Assembly: GCF_036971445.1 (NCBI RefSeq) | Contig: NC_091481.1 | Location: 1,612,001 to 1,676,000, forward strand | Source: Narcine bancroftii | Lineage: Eukaryota | Reading direction: 5' to 3' | DNA length: 64,000 bases | Part shown: positions 1 through 13,273 of the stretch, in pieces | Position numbering within the stretch: the first letter of the stretch is position 1 | Layout of the letters: every line of letters starts with the position of its first letter | The notes under the pieces: model-generated | What the model was told of the DNA's origin: nothing | The model's input: the letters and a program-made list of their open reading frames with translations, nothing else | Database searches by the model: none | Position numbers and translations under genes: made by a program

Positions 1-668
1 TAACATAACATATAACATAACATAACAATTACAGCACGGAAACAGGCCATTAGGCCCTTCTACTCCGCACCGAACCAAACACCCCTCTCTAGTCCCACCT
101 CCCTGCACAATGCCCATAACCCTCCATCTTCTTCTCATCCATATACCTGTCCAACCTTTTCTTAAATAATACAATTGACTCCGCCGCCACTATTTCTCCT
201 GGAAGCTCATTCCACACGGCTACCACTCTCTGAGTAAAGAAGTTCCCCTTCATGTTACCTCTAAACCTCTGCCCCTTAATTCTTAACTCATGTCCTCTTG
301 TTTTAATCTTTCCTCCTCTTAATGGAAATAGTCTATCCACATCCACTCTGTCTATCCCTTTCATAATCTTAAATACTTCTATCAAATCCCCTCTCGACCT
401 TCTACGCTCCAAAGAATAAAGACCTAATCTGTCCAATCTCTCCCTATACTCTAGATGCTTAAACCCAGGTAACATTCTGGTAAACCTTCTCTGCACTCTC
501 TCCACTCTGTTTATATCCTTCCTATAATTAGCCGACCAGAACTGCACACAGAACTCCAAATTAGGCCGCACCAACGTCTTATACAGTCTCAACATCACCT
601 CCCAACTCCTATATTCCATGCAATGATTGATAAAGGCCAGCATACTAAAAGCCTTCTTCACCACCCTA
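1..668 (-). mobile_element. CR1-clade (HER1-like) LINE, 5'-truncated 3' end, relatively young
   Basis: Open 191-aa ORF2 C-terminus (LYKTLVRPNLEFCVQFWS...ERVQRRFTRM...RGDLIEVFK...FFTQRVV) and (TAACA)n-type tail at 1-26. Confidence 0.9.
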
Positions 669-919
669 AGTATTTATAAAAAAATTACTAAAAAACTATC
701 AAATAAAATCTAACAAATTTTCTTGATTTTAGGAGTCAGAAGGTTCAGGTTGGGCGATTACAACTTAATTCCTACAGTTTATAAATAGGATTCCCAAATC
801 TTTCCAAAAATTTCAAATTTGTTACCTAAATTACATGTAATTATTTCAAGTGTCAAGGGACTTGGGGGGGTTCTCGTTCAGGAAAACATAGTGAGTGGGT
901 AACCACCAGGTTGGATCGG

Positions 920-1390
920 CAGGAAAAGAAAGCAAATTCTATGTTGGCCTTTGTTTCTAGGGTAGGGAGGTGTTGATAGGGCATGGGAGAGACCTCATTT
1001 GGAGAACTGCGAAGTTTATCTTAAAAAGGATGTGCTGATGTTGGAGAGAGAGCAGAGATTTACCAGGATGATATATCTCCACTCTTCATTGGAGTATAGA
1101 AGAAGGAGAGGAGATCTCAGAAACCTTTCCAATGCTGAAAGGATTGGACAGTAGATGTGAATAATGTTTCCCTTGGATAAAAAGACATTGTCTTAGAATT
1201 AGAAGATACCTATTTAAAGCAGATGAGAAATTTATTTCACCAGAAGGTCATGGAATTTGTTGCTGGACTGTTGAGAGAGTTTAAGTGGGGGTGTGGGGGG
1301 GGGTGGCGGAATTAATAGATGTTTAATGAGTCAGGGTATCAAGGGATCAGGGGAAAAAGCCAGAACTTGGAATGAGAGGCGAGAACTTGA
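920..1390 (+). mobile_element. Degenerate CR1-clade LINE fragment
   Basis: Decayed nucleotide similarity to the CR1 3' region seen elsewhere in the window. Confidence 0.6.
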
Positions 1391-1514
1391 TGACATCGAA
1401 GGAGATGGTTATAAAAGGGAATATATAAATCATTTTAGCACTTAAAGTAACTGTTATGTTTGAAATACTTGACAATGTTATCTATTGAGAGCAAGTCCTG
1501 GGTTATTTGTAGAC

Positions 1515-1700
1515 ATGCAGCACGGTAACAGGCCCTTCCGTCCCACGAGCCCGTGGTGCTCACATACCACAATTAACCAACAGCTCCCATACATTTTTGG
1601 ATAGTGGGAGGAAACTGGAGCACCCAGAGGAAACCCAGGCAGACAACAGCGGATTCAAACCCGGGTCGCTGGTGCTGTAACAGCGTGGCGCTAACCATTC
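1515..1700 (-). mobile_element. tRNA-derived V-SINE (HE1-like)
   Basis: Antisense B-box (ggattcaaaccc), central GGGAGGAAAC.GGAGCACCC.GAGGAAACCCA domain, CR1-like tail. Other copies at ~3850-4015(-), ~25720-25860(+), ~27800-27900(+), ~36790-36995(-), ~49855-50070(+), ~63750-63985(-). Confidence 0.75.
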
Positions 1701-1726
1701 TAACAGTCCCGTTCCCACCTTGGCAG

Positions 1727-1942
1727 AACTGGTGGAGAGCCTGCGACAACTGGTGGAAAGCTTGAAGCAGCCGCACATACCTGTGGCCACGCTGCGCGAG
1801 GGTCAGACGGGATCGGGTTCACGCCACTCCAATTCCACCGTCCAGCAACTGCGGGTGCGACTGGCAGAAATAGAAGAGAGCACCAGTGTCCCTGGCAGTC
1901 CTGTGGCAGCTCTGCAAATCCCTGTGCAGATCACTCATGTTG
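1727..1942 (+). CDS. DMTF1: DMTF1 (cyclin D-binding Myb-like TF 1) internal coding exon
   Basis: ttggcag|AA acceptor, G|gtacgt donor; ...STSVPGSPVAALQIPVQITHV resembles human DMTF1 SSPMAALQIPVQITHV; upstream exons lie outside the window. Confidence 0.9.
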
Positions 1943-3075
1943 GTACGTGGGCGTCCGCAGATCTCTACGCATGCTGGGGAAAATACCCTGCATTGCATCT
2001 GGTGTTAAATGATAATGTGGGCAGGAGGAAGGTGCTGATCATTATGTTATTAAGTAACAGCCTCAAATTATGTTGGAAATACTTGCCAAATTTCAAAATG
2101 TTGAGTCAAAAATATTAAACCCATCTTTTGAATTCATTCTGTTCATTTAAATCCTGCACAATAATGATTTATACGATGCTGATTTAACAATTTTGTGATG
2201 GGAGGTTGTGGATAATTAAATCAATATATTAAATTTCAGGTGGTGACGACTCCTGCTCCTGTTTCCTGTGTTCTGATTCCTGTTATCATTCTTGTAAACT
2301 TTTTCATTGACCAGGAAAGCTGGATTTTAGCCTTGACTGAATCGCACATTTAGGCGAACGTGGGAGGCCATTCAGCCCCTCTATCCCACCCCACCATTCA
2401 GTATACCATTGACGACCCATTTTCAGATCTGGTATCCTGAAGCGACTAATGGCAGATTCAACACCTCGGCATGGGAGGAGGCACCTTTCTCCCTCCACCC
2501 CATCATGGGCTTGCCAGCATGTTGTCTGAGCAGTCCAGTTTTCCAGTCGCTCTCTAAATGTGTGTTTCCTTGCCATCCTTGAGCTATTTGGCTTTTTGAG
2601 TTCCTGGCACAGTGAACAACTGCCAGGATTAGCCTGTCCTTTTCCCCAGCGCGGTCTGTACCAACATCAGCAGAGAGCTGCGATGTACAGGGCAGGCCAT
2701 CAAGGAGCTGATGTCCATTCCACCACCATCACCAGTCTGCCCCTGCTGTGAATCCTTTGCGCCTGGAGGGCTTTCAAAGCTGGCACACATTCCACAATGT
2801 GCCACGTGATCAATCTGTTATGCAACTTGGTTTTAACATTTGACCAGAGGGAACTACATTTAAATAGTGGGATTTGATGTTTTGATCTTTGCACTAAATG
2901 CATGAGATATCGATGAATATTCAGCCCAAGAACCAAACAGTAATTTACAACAATGAGCTGAGAGTTTCTTTGTTTTCTAAATGTTGCATGTGACAAAAGA
3001 ACCTTCGTGATTAAATTAAACACAGTCAGAATGAAACCAGTTGATAACTGTGCCCCAATCCCATTCCCATTCCAG

Positions 3076-3164
3076 CATCCGCAGGGGAGTCCTGTTGTAC
3101 CAATACTGACTGTGAAACAGTTGCACTGGGTGCAGGAACTCTGCAGAGATTCGAATTCCTCCCA
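3076..3164 (+). CDS. DMTF1: DMTF1 coding exon
   Basis: ttccag| ... |gtaagt; SAGESCCTNTDCETVALGAGTLQRFEFLP vs human DSETITLNSGTLQTFEILP; phase fits both neighbours. Confidence 0.9.
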
Positions 3165-3434
3165 GTAAGTACCACAAACCATCTAGAATTACAATGGTTC
3201 AATGTTGCCCATCTAGCAGATGAATTTAGTTTCAAAGGAGACCACTAACAAGGTAATAAAGTTATTAGGATTTCAGAGTTAATAGCAAACTGGGTCAAAT
3301 GAATTTAGGAAGGGGTGGTGGGGAGCTTAAGAGGGATGTACAGGGGGAGTTTATTACACAGAGAGTAGTGGGTGTCTGGAACAAACTGCCAGGAGTAGTG
3401 GTGGTGTTTAAGAGGACGTTATATGTTCAAAATC

Positions 3435-3735
3435 ACAATCAAAATTGATTATCATGAACATGTCACAGAATTCGTTGTTTTGCGGCAGCGTCACAGGTGC
3501 AAAATTGCTATAAATTACATTTTTTTAAAAATTTGTGCCAAAGGAAGAGAAAGTGAGGTCGTGTCTGTGGTTCATTGATCATTCAGAAATCTGATGGTGG
3601 AGGGGAAGAAGCCGTCCTTGTACCTCGGGGTGTTTGTCTTCAGGCTCCTGTACCTCCTTCCCAATGGTAGCAGTGTGAAGAGGGCATGGCCTGGGTGCTG
3701 GGGATCCTTGAGGATAGAGGCTGTTTTCTTAAGAT
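3435..3735 (-). mobile_element. Rex1/Babar-like LINE 3' fragment
   Basis: KKTASILKDPQHPGHALFTLLPLGRRYRSLKT...FFPSTIRFLN. Same family at ~30205-30440(+), ~32510-32840(+), ~48985-49430(-), ~56980-57480(-), ~58895-59520(-). Confidence 0.75.
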
Positions 3736-5202
3736 GGGAATAACGGGATAAAAGATCACGTACAAGTGAGGAGATTTTGTTTAATTTGGCAAGGTGTTTG
3801 TCACTGACGTTGTGAGCTGAACTCTGTCCCTGTGTTGTACTACTACACCTAATTGGCCTACAACTCCTGATACATTTTGAAGGGTGGGAGGAAACCAGAG
3901 CCCCAGGGGAAAACTCACACAGACACTGGAAGAACATACAAGCGCGGGATTCGAACCCCAGTCCTGATTGCTGGCACTGTAACAGCGTTATGCTAACTGC
4001 GACACCAACCGTGCCACATGGGTTCCACGTGCCACAAGATCTGAGCTGTACCAGAGACAGGTGATTTCAACTCAGCTGCCCCATAAGGCAGCGGAAGTCA
4101 CCCAGAGTTTTGTTCCCAGGTATAATCCTTGCTGGAAGTGCATCTGATGCGAATGTTGGTCCAGGGACAGTTCAGTTCTGTTCTAAACAGTAAAATAACC
4201 TGTTGATGCACCCTGAGCAAGGCCTTGAACAGAAAGACCTGTAAGCACCAGCTTGCCCCACTGTTTAATAAGATAACGGCTGATCTGACTCAGCTTTATC
4301 TACCCACCTGTTTCCCATAACCCTTAATTCCTGTTCTCAAAAATCTACCATCAGTCTTTTAAATAGATTAATTGAGGCAAAGACTTACACAGATTCACTC
4401 CTCTAGGGAAAAGAAGTTCTTTCTCATCTCCATCCTAAATCTGCTCCCTTTGATTTTGAAGCTGTATCCAACTGGTGAAAATGACTTTCTTATCCATACT
4501 TTTCATTGTTTTGTCCTTTTTTTAAAAAAAAGATCTCATCAAATTTTTCTGAATTCCAATGAGTACAGTCCCAGGCAACTCTCTCTCTGAGGAGAACCCC
4601 CTTATCTCTGGCATCAACTTGGTGAACCGCCCGTACATCCTGACTCCATTAACTCTGAGCGAAGGAGTGGATGCAGAAGGAGTGGGGTAGAGGTTGGAGA
4701 GAGTTGGCAGGTTGGAGAGAGCTCTCTTGTGGAGGTGTCAGTGATCAGTCTTTCTACAGAAGATTGAAAAGGGCTATGGGTGTGAGGGGTTAGATTTGTT
4801 GAATAGGTCAGCACAACATCATGGGCCGAAGGGCCTGTAGAGTGCAGCAGTGTTCTATTATATTTTCCTGAAAACCTCCTCCAACACGCATATAAATGCA
4901 CTTCCAGCAGGACTGCAAGATGGGAGAGAAGACTTGAGCACAAACCTCTGGTGCACCGTGAGGGTATGCAGAGGTTGGGTCCAGGCAATGACAGACCTAC
5001 ACCTGGAGTGATTGAATGCAGGGCCAAAATTGGGACATGGGGCCAGAGGAGCCGCATTTGACTGGTGGGAGCATGTATTCACTCTCCATCCTTAGCCTTC
5101 TGAGCAATTCCAAGCTCTGCTGTTTATTGCGTAACTGTGGCATAGGTAACTGGTTTGGATAACTGTGTGAAAGTTAACTTCTTTTGCCTCCGTCTTCTCT
5201 AG

Positions 5203-5352
5203 TCTTTCCGACTGCAGCCAACAGAAACCCCAGGTACCTACCTGATTCAGAGCAGCTCCAGCCCAGGGCTTCCCCTAACGCTGACGACAAGCCCAGCCAT
5301 CACACTCACCTCACCGCCCTCCCCTGAGCACATCATCGTACACACGCTCTCT
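5203..5352 (+). CDS. DMTF1: DMTF1 coding exon
   Basis: ctctag| ... |gtaagt; SFRLQPTETPGTYLIQSSSSPGLPLTLTTSP...PEHIIVHTLS vs human SFHLQPTGTPGTYLLQTSSSQGLPLTL. Confidence 0.95.
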
Positions 5353-6544
5353 GTAAGTCTGTCGTTCTTGATCAGTTCTCCTTGCTCCAAAGTATCACAA
5401 GATGTCAAGTTCCTGTCATGATTTGCCTTCATATTTCTTCTTCTGATTGCAGCCTTACAATGGTTTATTGTGGTTTATCTGGAACCTTCTCCCATTGGGA
5501 GGAGAGAGAAGAGTGTGTGTCTGGGGTGCAATGCATCCTTGGATGCACTCTCTTCTCCCTCCTCCCACTGGGAGAAATGAGTTATAGATGGAGTCCATGG
5601 AGGAGAGGGAAGTGTGCTATATCCACCACCTTCTGTAGCTTCTAATCCTGAGCAGAACAGCTCCCATCCATTGCTGTGGTACACCCAGCAAGGGACCAGT
5701 AGAAGTTGTCGAGGTGTCGGTGCTCATTCTCAATGGTGCACCTTTAGAAGTTGTCGAGGGACAATGGGGGGAGGGGGGAGATGTGCCAATCGACTGTCAC
5801 TTCGATGTGCTTTGTCCCAGGTAAGGTCATTGGAGATGTTTATTTCAAAGACCTTGAAGCGCTCTGTACTTTGAACTCCAGTGCCTTTATTGTGGATAGG
5901 GGGTGGAGTCTTCTCCTCTCCTGGTCAGTGATCATCTCCTATTGACTTTGAGAGGTTGTATCAACACTATGGACGCTTAATCTCTCTTTCCTGACTCATT
6001 GTTATTTGATACCTGGTTCACTGCCGTGGTGTTGTCGGTGAATTTGAGGATGGAGTTGGAACAGTATTTATCTGTACAGTGGTGGATGTAGAGAGACTAC
6101 AGTTGAGAATGATTACAACATCTTTGAAGAGCGCTGGTGTTGAGTGTGACCATGGAGAAGATGTTGTTACACCATCTTCACTGAATGTGGGCTGTTAGGC
6201 TCTGTGTCAAGGATCCATTTACAGTGGGATCACTGGGACCTGGTCATTTAATGCAGCCATTCTCAACTCTTTTGTTTCCGACTATGGCCCCCTGGGACTC
6301 TGCTCAAACTTTATGGGCCCCCTTCCCTGTGAAGCAGTCACATTTAGTTGGTTTATTTTGTACTTCTACTGACTACGTAAAAAAACATATTAAAAAAAAA
6401 ATGTGTTACATGAGGTGAAAAGAAAACGAGGCTTTTACATAAATGTGTTAGGCCCCCAGGGGTGTTGCAGGGTCCCCATTAAGATTGGGTGGTTTAATGG
6501 TTCCATAAATGGTGTTAACCCTATTGGTACAATATGTCCTGGAA

Positions 6545-7880
6545 TGTTCCTTGCAAGTCACTCTGGTTTGGCTTGAGACAGAGACCATGCACAAATTCGA
6601 GGAACAACCCCACATCTTCCGTCTGGACACCCTCCAACCAGATGGCATTAAAATCGACTTCTCAGGTTTCCATTAAACCCCTCCCCCCTCTTCTTCTCCA
6701 TGTCTCCTTTCCTCCAGCTCTCGCTCTCACTCTCGTTCACTCTCTCTCTCTCTCTTCCCTTTTTCCTCTTTCTCTTTTCACAGAGTCAAAAACCAAACCC
6801 CCCTCCCCCAATCAAATTCTCACATTTCCCCAGAGGCTTGTGGAGAAGGTGTTCTCACTGGGTCTTGTCACCCCTCTCTGTAACTGGATCCTGAAGAGAC
6901 CAGTCTGTCCAGATTGGTAGCAGAACATCAAGCACTGAGCACTGGCATACCGCAACTGTGTACTCAGCCCATTCTTGTTCATGCTACTGACCCACGACTG
7001 CATCACCAGATCCAGCTCCAACAGTGTCAAGTCTGCAGATGATACAGTGCGAGAATAACAACCTGAGTCTCAACATGGACAAGATGAAGGAGATGATTGT
7101 GGACTTCAGAGGACCAGAAACAACCACCCTCTATTACACATCAACAATTCAAGGCTACCGGCCACCAATATGTCATCCTTCTACAGTTGCTGCAGAGAAA
7201 GAGATTAGAGGTCAATCCACAGGATCATGAGTGTGGCAGAGAGAATCGCTGGAGTCTCCATCCCCACCATCAACGTGATCTACCAGGATCATTGTTTTAG
7301 GAGGATATGCACACAACTTACAGCTGGTCCTGTTGGGGAAGAGATTCAGGAGGATCAGAGCTAGCTCCACCAGGCTGAGGAACAGCTTCTTCCCACAGAC
7401 AGTGAGGACGCTGAACGACCCAAGGAACTGCTCACACTCCCCCTCCGAGACGCTCATATGTACAAGACAATATTTATTTATTTGTGTTGATGAGAACTTG
7501 TCCTGCATGTTTTATTGTTTGTCTGTACATGTGTTATGTCTGGTTGTGTGTCTGCGTGTTTTGCCCCGAGGACCAGAGAACGCTCTTTAATTGGGTTGTA
7601 CTTGTATAACTAGATGGCAATAAACTTTCCTCTCCTGTCCTCTCATCCAGTATCTTTTGTCTGTTGGTCTGCACTCCTCTCCCTCCCATTCTTCCCTTTT
7701 CACCAGTCTTTTAATTCAGGTGCCTGCCTCCTTTTTACTCATACCTTGAAGAAGGGCTCAGGCCTGAAATGTCAGTAATCGATCTTAACCTCCTACGGAT
7801 GCTGTGGGGCCAGCTGAGTCCTCTCGCATTTCTGTGTTTTCACTACAATCACAGAGTCTGCAGACTTTCGTGTTTCACTC
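6545..7880 (+). mobile_element. Penelope-like 3' fragment interrupted by a Rex1-like LINE (~6830-7630)
   Basis: EEQPHIFRLDTLQPDGIKIDFSGF plus pyrimidine tract at ~6590-6830, resuming at ~7630 with the tail and hammerhead-like motif; insert encodes LCNWIL, RIRASSTRLRNSFFPQTVR. Confidence 0.7.
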
Positions 7881-8379
7881 CAACACGAATGTTGTTCAAA
7901 GCAATTGCAATGTGAAATTTGTAGTGCACAGAATCGAATTGTTGTCGAGAAGCAAGGTCAAGTTCCACGAGAATAATGTCTGATGGAATAAAGTTACATT
8001 TGAAGAGAAGGAGAAGATTCTTCTGATGCAGATTTAAGAAAAGTTGTTGTTGAGTTGACGAATGCTTCAGATTGAAAGATGCTTGGTTTTTTTCTCTGTA
8101 ATTGTATGTTGAATGTGATATTGTTCACATGATGAGTGTAATTTTATCCCTTGTGACATTCCTCCCATGGTTAACGTTGATAAAATCTAATACGGTGGAT
8201 GTTCTATTCCAATGGAAGGTTAAACTGTTTCAGATGACTTTATGGTGTGTTTCAGGCTGAGTGGCACAGCTCAGGGTCACTCAGGGTAACTGCTTTAGAC
8301 TGTCTGGTGTCAGATTATCTGGGAGACCCTCTGGCCTTTGCACTCTGTATGCACTGACCATGAATACATGTAGTGTGTC

Positions 8380-9560
8380 ACTGGAGTTGCACTGAAACTG
8401 ACCCTTCGATCCAACACATCCAGGCTGACCTTTTGCCCATCACTCATCCCATTTGCCCACATTAGGAGCATTTCCTAATGCGGGACTCCTATAAAAACAC
8501 TGGTTGTCCCTCTGCCTCCACAGTCGTTGTCTGACCTATTGACATCCTCCAGCACTTTGTCCAGCAGCTGCTGTCTCCTGTATCCTTCTCTGCCTTGCCT
8601 GTTTAACGAATGTCTGAAGGTGGCTTAAGTGTGGTGACTGTCCGATTCCTCCCCAGCACAGTTCCTGATATCAACCACTGCATTAAAAACTTGGCCTTCA
8701 GATTCCTCTAAAATTCCTTCCTCTTTTTAAATCTTGTTTTTGATACCCTTAGCATGGGAAACCTATTTTCATTACCTTCCCTCTCTGGGCCTTTTATAAT
8801 TTTATGTCCCTCCATCACCTCATGACTTTAACCTTCTTTCCAGAAAAAAACAAGCCAAACCTATCCATTCTCTCCTCATAGCTAAAGTCCTCCAGTCCTG
8901 GCAACATCCGAGTTAATCTTTTCTGCACGCTCGCCAATACAACCACATCCTTCCTGCAGTGTGGCTCATGGTGCTCCAAGTGTGGTCTAACCATAGTTTG
9001 GTAAAGTTGCCACTTTACGTCCCAGCTAATGGCTTCTCTGCCCAACCGATGAGGTCAGGCCTGCTGTCTTCCTCCTTCACCACTTCAGGGAACCCAAGTT
9101 CCCTCTGCTCATCAGTAACCCTTAATGTGCTGCCATTTACTGTACATGCCCTGGGCAATCATTTGGAGAGCTTTATCAGTTCTCAAGTTGGGAAATTACC
9201 TCTATCCATTATAGATTTCTTAAAACATTACATTCAAAATGGTTCATAAGCTTAATCGAGTCATGGAGTTGCACATCATGGAAAATGTCCCCTCGGCAAC
9301 CAAAATGTCCACTAACACTGGTCCCACCTGCCTGCATTTGTGCTATATCCCTCCAAACCCATCTTATCCATGTATCCATCCAATTTTCTTCTTGAATGTG
9401 GCAATAGTACCTGCCTCAACCCTAATATAGCCCATTCCATATACCCACCCCCTTCTGTGTTCTCACCCTCAGGTTCCTGTTAAATCTCCTCCCCCTCCCC
9501 TCATCTTAAACCCATGTCCTCTGGTTACCGATTCTCCCAAATTGAGTAAAAGACTCTGCA
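8380..9560 (-). mobile_element. CR1-clade LINE fragments
   Basis: LYQTMVRPHLEH...SVQKRLTRMLPGLEDFSYEER plus 3' end motifs. Confidence 0.7.
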
Positions 9561-10047
9561 TTCGCCTGATGCTGGAGAAACCTGGCAGGTCAGAGTATTT
9601 AATGTAGCAAAGATAAAAATACATAACCATGTTTTAGACGAGCCCTTCATCAACCACCTGCTCAGTTTCTCCAGCATTGTTTTTAGAGGAGGTGATCTTT
9701 TTTCCCCCTTTACTGTTTCTAATCTCAATCCAAATGGGCTCAACATTTTGCTTCTTAGATCTTGTATCATCTCTCACTATTGCCCATATCTCATCCAAGA
9801 TAGCAAAGATAAAGATACAAGACCAACATTTTACTCAAGTCCGAAACATTGGTTCTGTATCTTTAGGATATGAAGGACACTGATTGGCCTGCTGAGTTTC
9901 TCCAACATTGTGTTTTTACTTCAAAGACTTTCGTGTTTGACCTTTAATTTAATATTCAATTCTCTGAAGGATGAAGTTCAGGACTTTTCAGCCAGTTGCT
10001 GGGTGAAAGCATTTATTAATCCAGCCAATTGTGCTGTGTCTCCACAG

Positions 10048-10437
10048 TCAGAAACTCTGCTCCACGGCACCAGTGAAAACGTCAGTGTACAAGTGGCACA
10101 TCCCAGTGTGATCATCCACGCAGTCGCCACTGACGACATCACTTCCTCTATAACGCAGGCAGAGCTGACGGTGGGTGGCGAAATGGAACACGCAGCTCTG
10201 ACTGGACACCAGTCTAGTGCACTCGGAACTACTGCCTACACTGATCTCCATCAGGCTAAGTTAACCGGAGACCAAAGCACCAGAGAGACAGCCCTCACTG
10301 AGACAGAGATTGGCCCAGGGAGCCTGAACTGTGACACTGGTGACGATATGATGGGCTCAGATGTAAACATTAACGAGACAGATCTCCGACAGGGAGTTGA
10401 AGTGCGGTCTGATCTAAGTGGTGCTTATGCCACTGAG
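10048..10437 (+). CDS. DMTF1: DMTF1 coding exon
   Basis: ccacag| ... GAG|gtaaga; contains VIIHAVATDDITSSITQAELTV and SDLSGAYATE (human VIIQTVATEDITSSISQAELTV / SDLASAYVTE). Confidence 0.95.
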
Positions 10438-11303
10438 GTAAGAGCTCTCTGGAAATCAAGTTCTGATTTGGTGAGATGATGATGAGAATATTGTCATATA
10501 CACAAGTACAGATGCACTGACATTCCTACTTGCTCCTGCCTGACTGATATATTAGATGCATCTACTAGAACAGTATAAATTGATTACAATATGCCCAAAC
10601 AGGAAAAGAGATACAGTAAAACCCCTGTTGTCCAGAATTCAAGCAACTGGTTAAAAAAAAATCCCAGAAAGCAAATAGGTAAAAAAACAGGTTAAAATTG
10701 GCACGCTTTCCTGTTAGTTTGCCAATCACACAGCACATAATCAACAGGCAGGCCAAACCATCATTGAATTATACAGATGATGTTTCAGAGGGAAATGTGT
10801 AGTTAATGCAAGGGCAGCATTGTGTTACTAATGAGAGAGGGGCCCATTGAAGAGACTGAAAACAGCAAGGAAGAAGCTGCAGGAACCTGGAAGGACATGT
10901 TTTCAAATTCCTGTGTTCTGTACCAGTCAGGCCCAACACTGACATCTATCTGATAGTCTTGATAATTGTCCAGGTGTGGCCGCTTCCAAATCCAATCCAT
11001 CATGCTACCTTGCATTTAGCACTAGTGAGCTCTATCACAGGTCAGAAATGGGCACCTTCACTGATTGCTCAATGTTCAATGCCATTCACAACTCCTCCGC
11101 TCAAGCCTGCACACAGCAAGACCGGAATAATGTTCTGCAATAACATTCCCATTGCCAAGGTATCAGGCAGTGATCATCTCCCAGTGTCTGGTTTACCATC
11201 ATCTTCTCAAGGACAACTGGGGACACGATAGCTCTGTCACTGATCTCCATGTCCTAACAAGCAAGTTATAAAAGTAACATCTCCCAACTCTTCCTTTTGC
11301 CAG

Positions 11304-11436
11304 GCTCTGGTATCTTCCAATATAGAAGCAGGCATTGATGAAGAAACGACATTGATTGTTCCCCCGGATCACCGATTTATGCAGTCAGCAGATGACATCG
11401 ACAATGATTCTGTTTTGCCATTATCGACACTGACCG
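11304..11436 (+). CDS. DMTF1: DMTF1 penultimate coding exon
   Basis: ttgccag| ... G|gtaagg; ALVSSNIEAGIDEETTLIVPPDHRFMQSADDIDNDSVLPLSTLT. Confidence 0.93.
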
Positions 11437-13273
11437 GTAAGGAATCCCAGCGACGTGGTTAACGTGCAAATTGAGTGAGACATGAAAGGCTGCAAATGCT
11501 ATGATTGTAGTAAAAACCCAGAAATGCTGGAAGAACTGGCAGGTCTCACAGTGTCCAGAAGAGGTAGAGATGTGTGTTTCGAGCCTGACCCCTTCAAGGT
11601 ACAAGTAAAAAGCAGACAGGTGCCTGAATTACCTCTCTTGTTCCATCCCTACTCAATTAACACCTTTTGTCCCTTGTGCATTCTTCCCTTCCCTGCCTTT
11701 TGAGCACCTTGGCTCGGTCTGCCACAACAGCGTGGATCTCTCAGTGGCCAACCTGCTTTTACCTTTAAGGGCTCAGGCTGAAACAGTATATCTGTCTGTC
11801 TGCTATGGACATTGAGACAGGCAGAGTTCCTCCAGAAATTGTGTTTTTACTACAAACTTCCATGTTTCACATACTTTTTAAATCTCATACCTTAAGGGCT
11901 CAGACTCAAAATGTTGGTTCTATGTATTTACCTCCTATGGATGATGCAAGACCTGCTGAGTTCCTCCATCATTTTTGTGTTTTAACATGCTAATTTGCTT
12001 CTGCAGCACCTTGCACTGGTGATCTCCAAAATCTTGCTTTGCATTTCTCATTTTACCATTCATGTAATGCATCCACAATGTGTCCCAGGGTATGGGCTGG
12101 TGATGTGTAGGCACTTTGCCACCATACCCAGTTCTGTGCTGGGAAGCAGACAAATTTCTATTTGGCAAACCCAGTTGCACCATTAGCTGCATGGGTACCT
12201 GAAAGCACAAAGCCAGCCAACTGGAGGGTGACAGTGTGTTGTCCTGTCGAGAACCTGCATCGGAACTGGGAGAGGGAAGGTAGTCAATCTACAGGGGTGA
12301 GAAAGGAGGGGTGGTTCATTCGTATAACTCAGCACAAGAAACAAGAGGTTACTGATCAGATCTGCACTCAAAGAAACAAAGGGTATTGAAGTCTTCCTGC
12401 AGGGGAATGAATGAGAGTAGGGATTGAAGGAAATATACAAGATAGTCAGCATCTGGAAAAATAGCACTTCAGGAAACTGTCTGGGAACTCTCTCCACAGA
12501 TGCTGCCTGACCAACTGATGTTTCCAATGGCGTGCTTTTATTTTGAAATATTAACGCCAAGAAATTGGTCTTTGAGGGCTAGAGTTTGATTAAGAATAAT
12601 TACATTTTGAGTACTAAAATGCCACCTTGTGTGACAAAGTACAAATTTTTCAGAATATTTTAAAATAACTGCTTAATAATTATGACATGCCAATTGGGGA
12701 GTACTGAATCATTAACCTCTAAACTTTCACAAACTTTGCTCATGTAAAATCCTGGAGTTGCCAATGGATCTGCAAACTGTCCACAATTTGCTGCTCGGCC
12801 TGCTGACCTCTTCCTGCTGTTTTTTTTTTGCTCCAGATTCCAGCATCTGCAACTCTCGTGTCTGAAAAATCTCTTCCAAAAAAATTAAATTACCAGCTTT
12901 CTTAACATTCACCTTTCATACATTGGTTTTGTGCGTATTTTCCAAGCTCCATGGATGTAATGTTGGTAAACTATTCTGCCCCTTTGTCTCTCAACTGGTT
13001 TCATATCTTAGCTAATTGGCACCTGAGGCAATTTCTCAGCCTTGAGCCAGGCATGGTGAACTCCAAGGGGTGCACGTCAGAGCCAGAAAGGGAAACTGCA
13101 CTGTCTTGTGGAAGGCAAGACAACTGTGGACAATGCTGGTCAGTTGGCCCCCTTTAGTCAAATGCAATAATGTCATAAAACTTGATTCTCACCTCGTTCT
13201 AGTGTTTTTAACTTCCTTTAGAAATTTTTTTAAAACCTTGAAGGATTGAGCCACTGTTATGTCTTCTTTGCAG

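Noticed and set aside
3945-4015. tRNA genes at GGGTTCGAATCCC-like motifs
   Set aside because: These are V-SINE heads joined to SINE bodies; no full cloverleaf is evident.
10613-10760. Tigger-like TIR start (tacagtaaaacccc)
   Set aside because: Only one end is visible and no matching TIR was found, so it is not called as an element.
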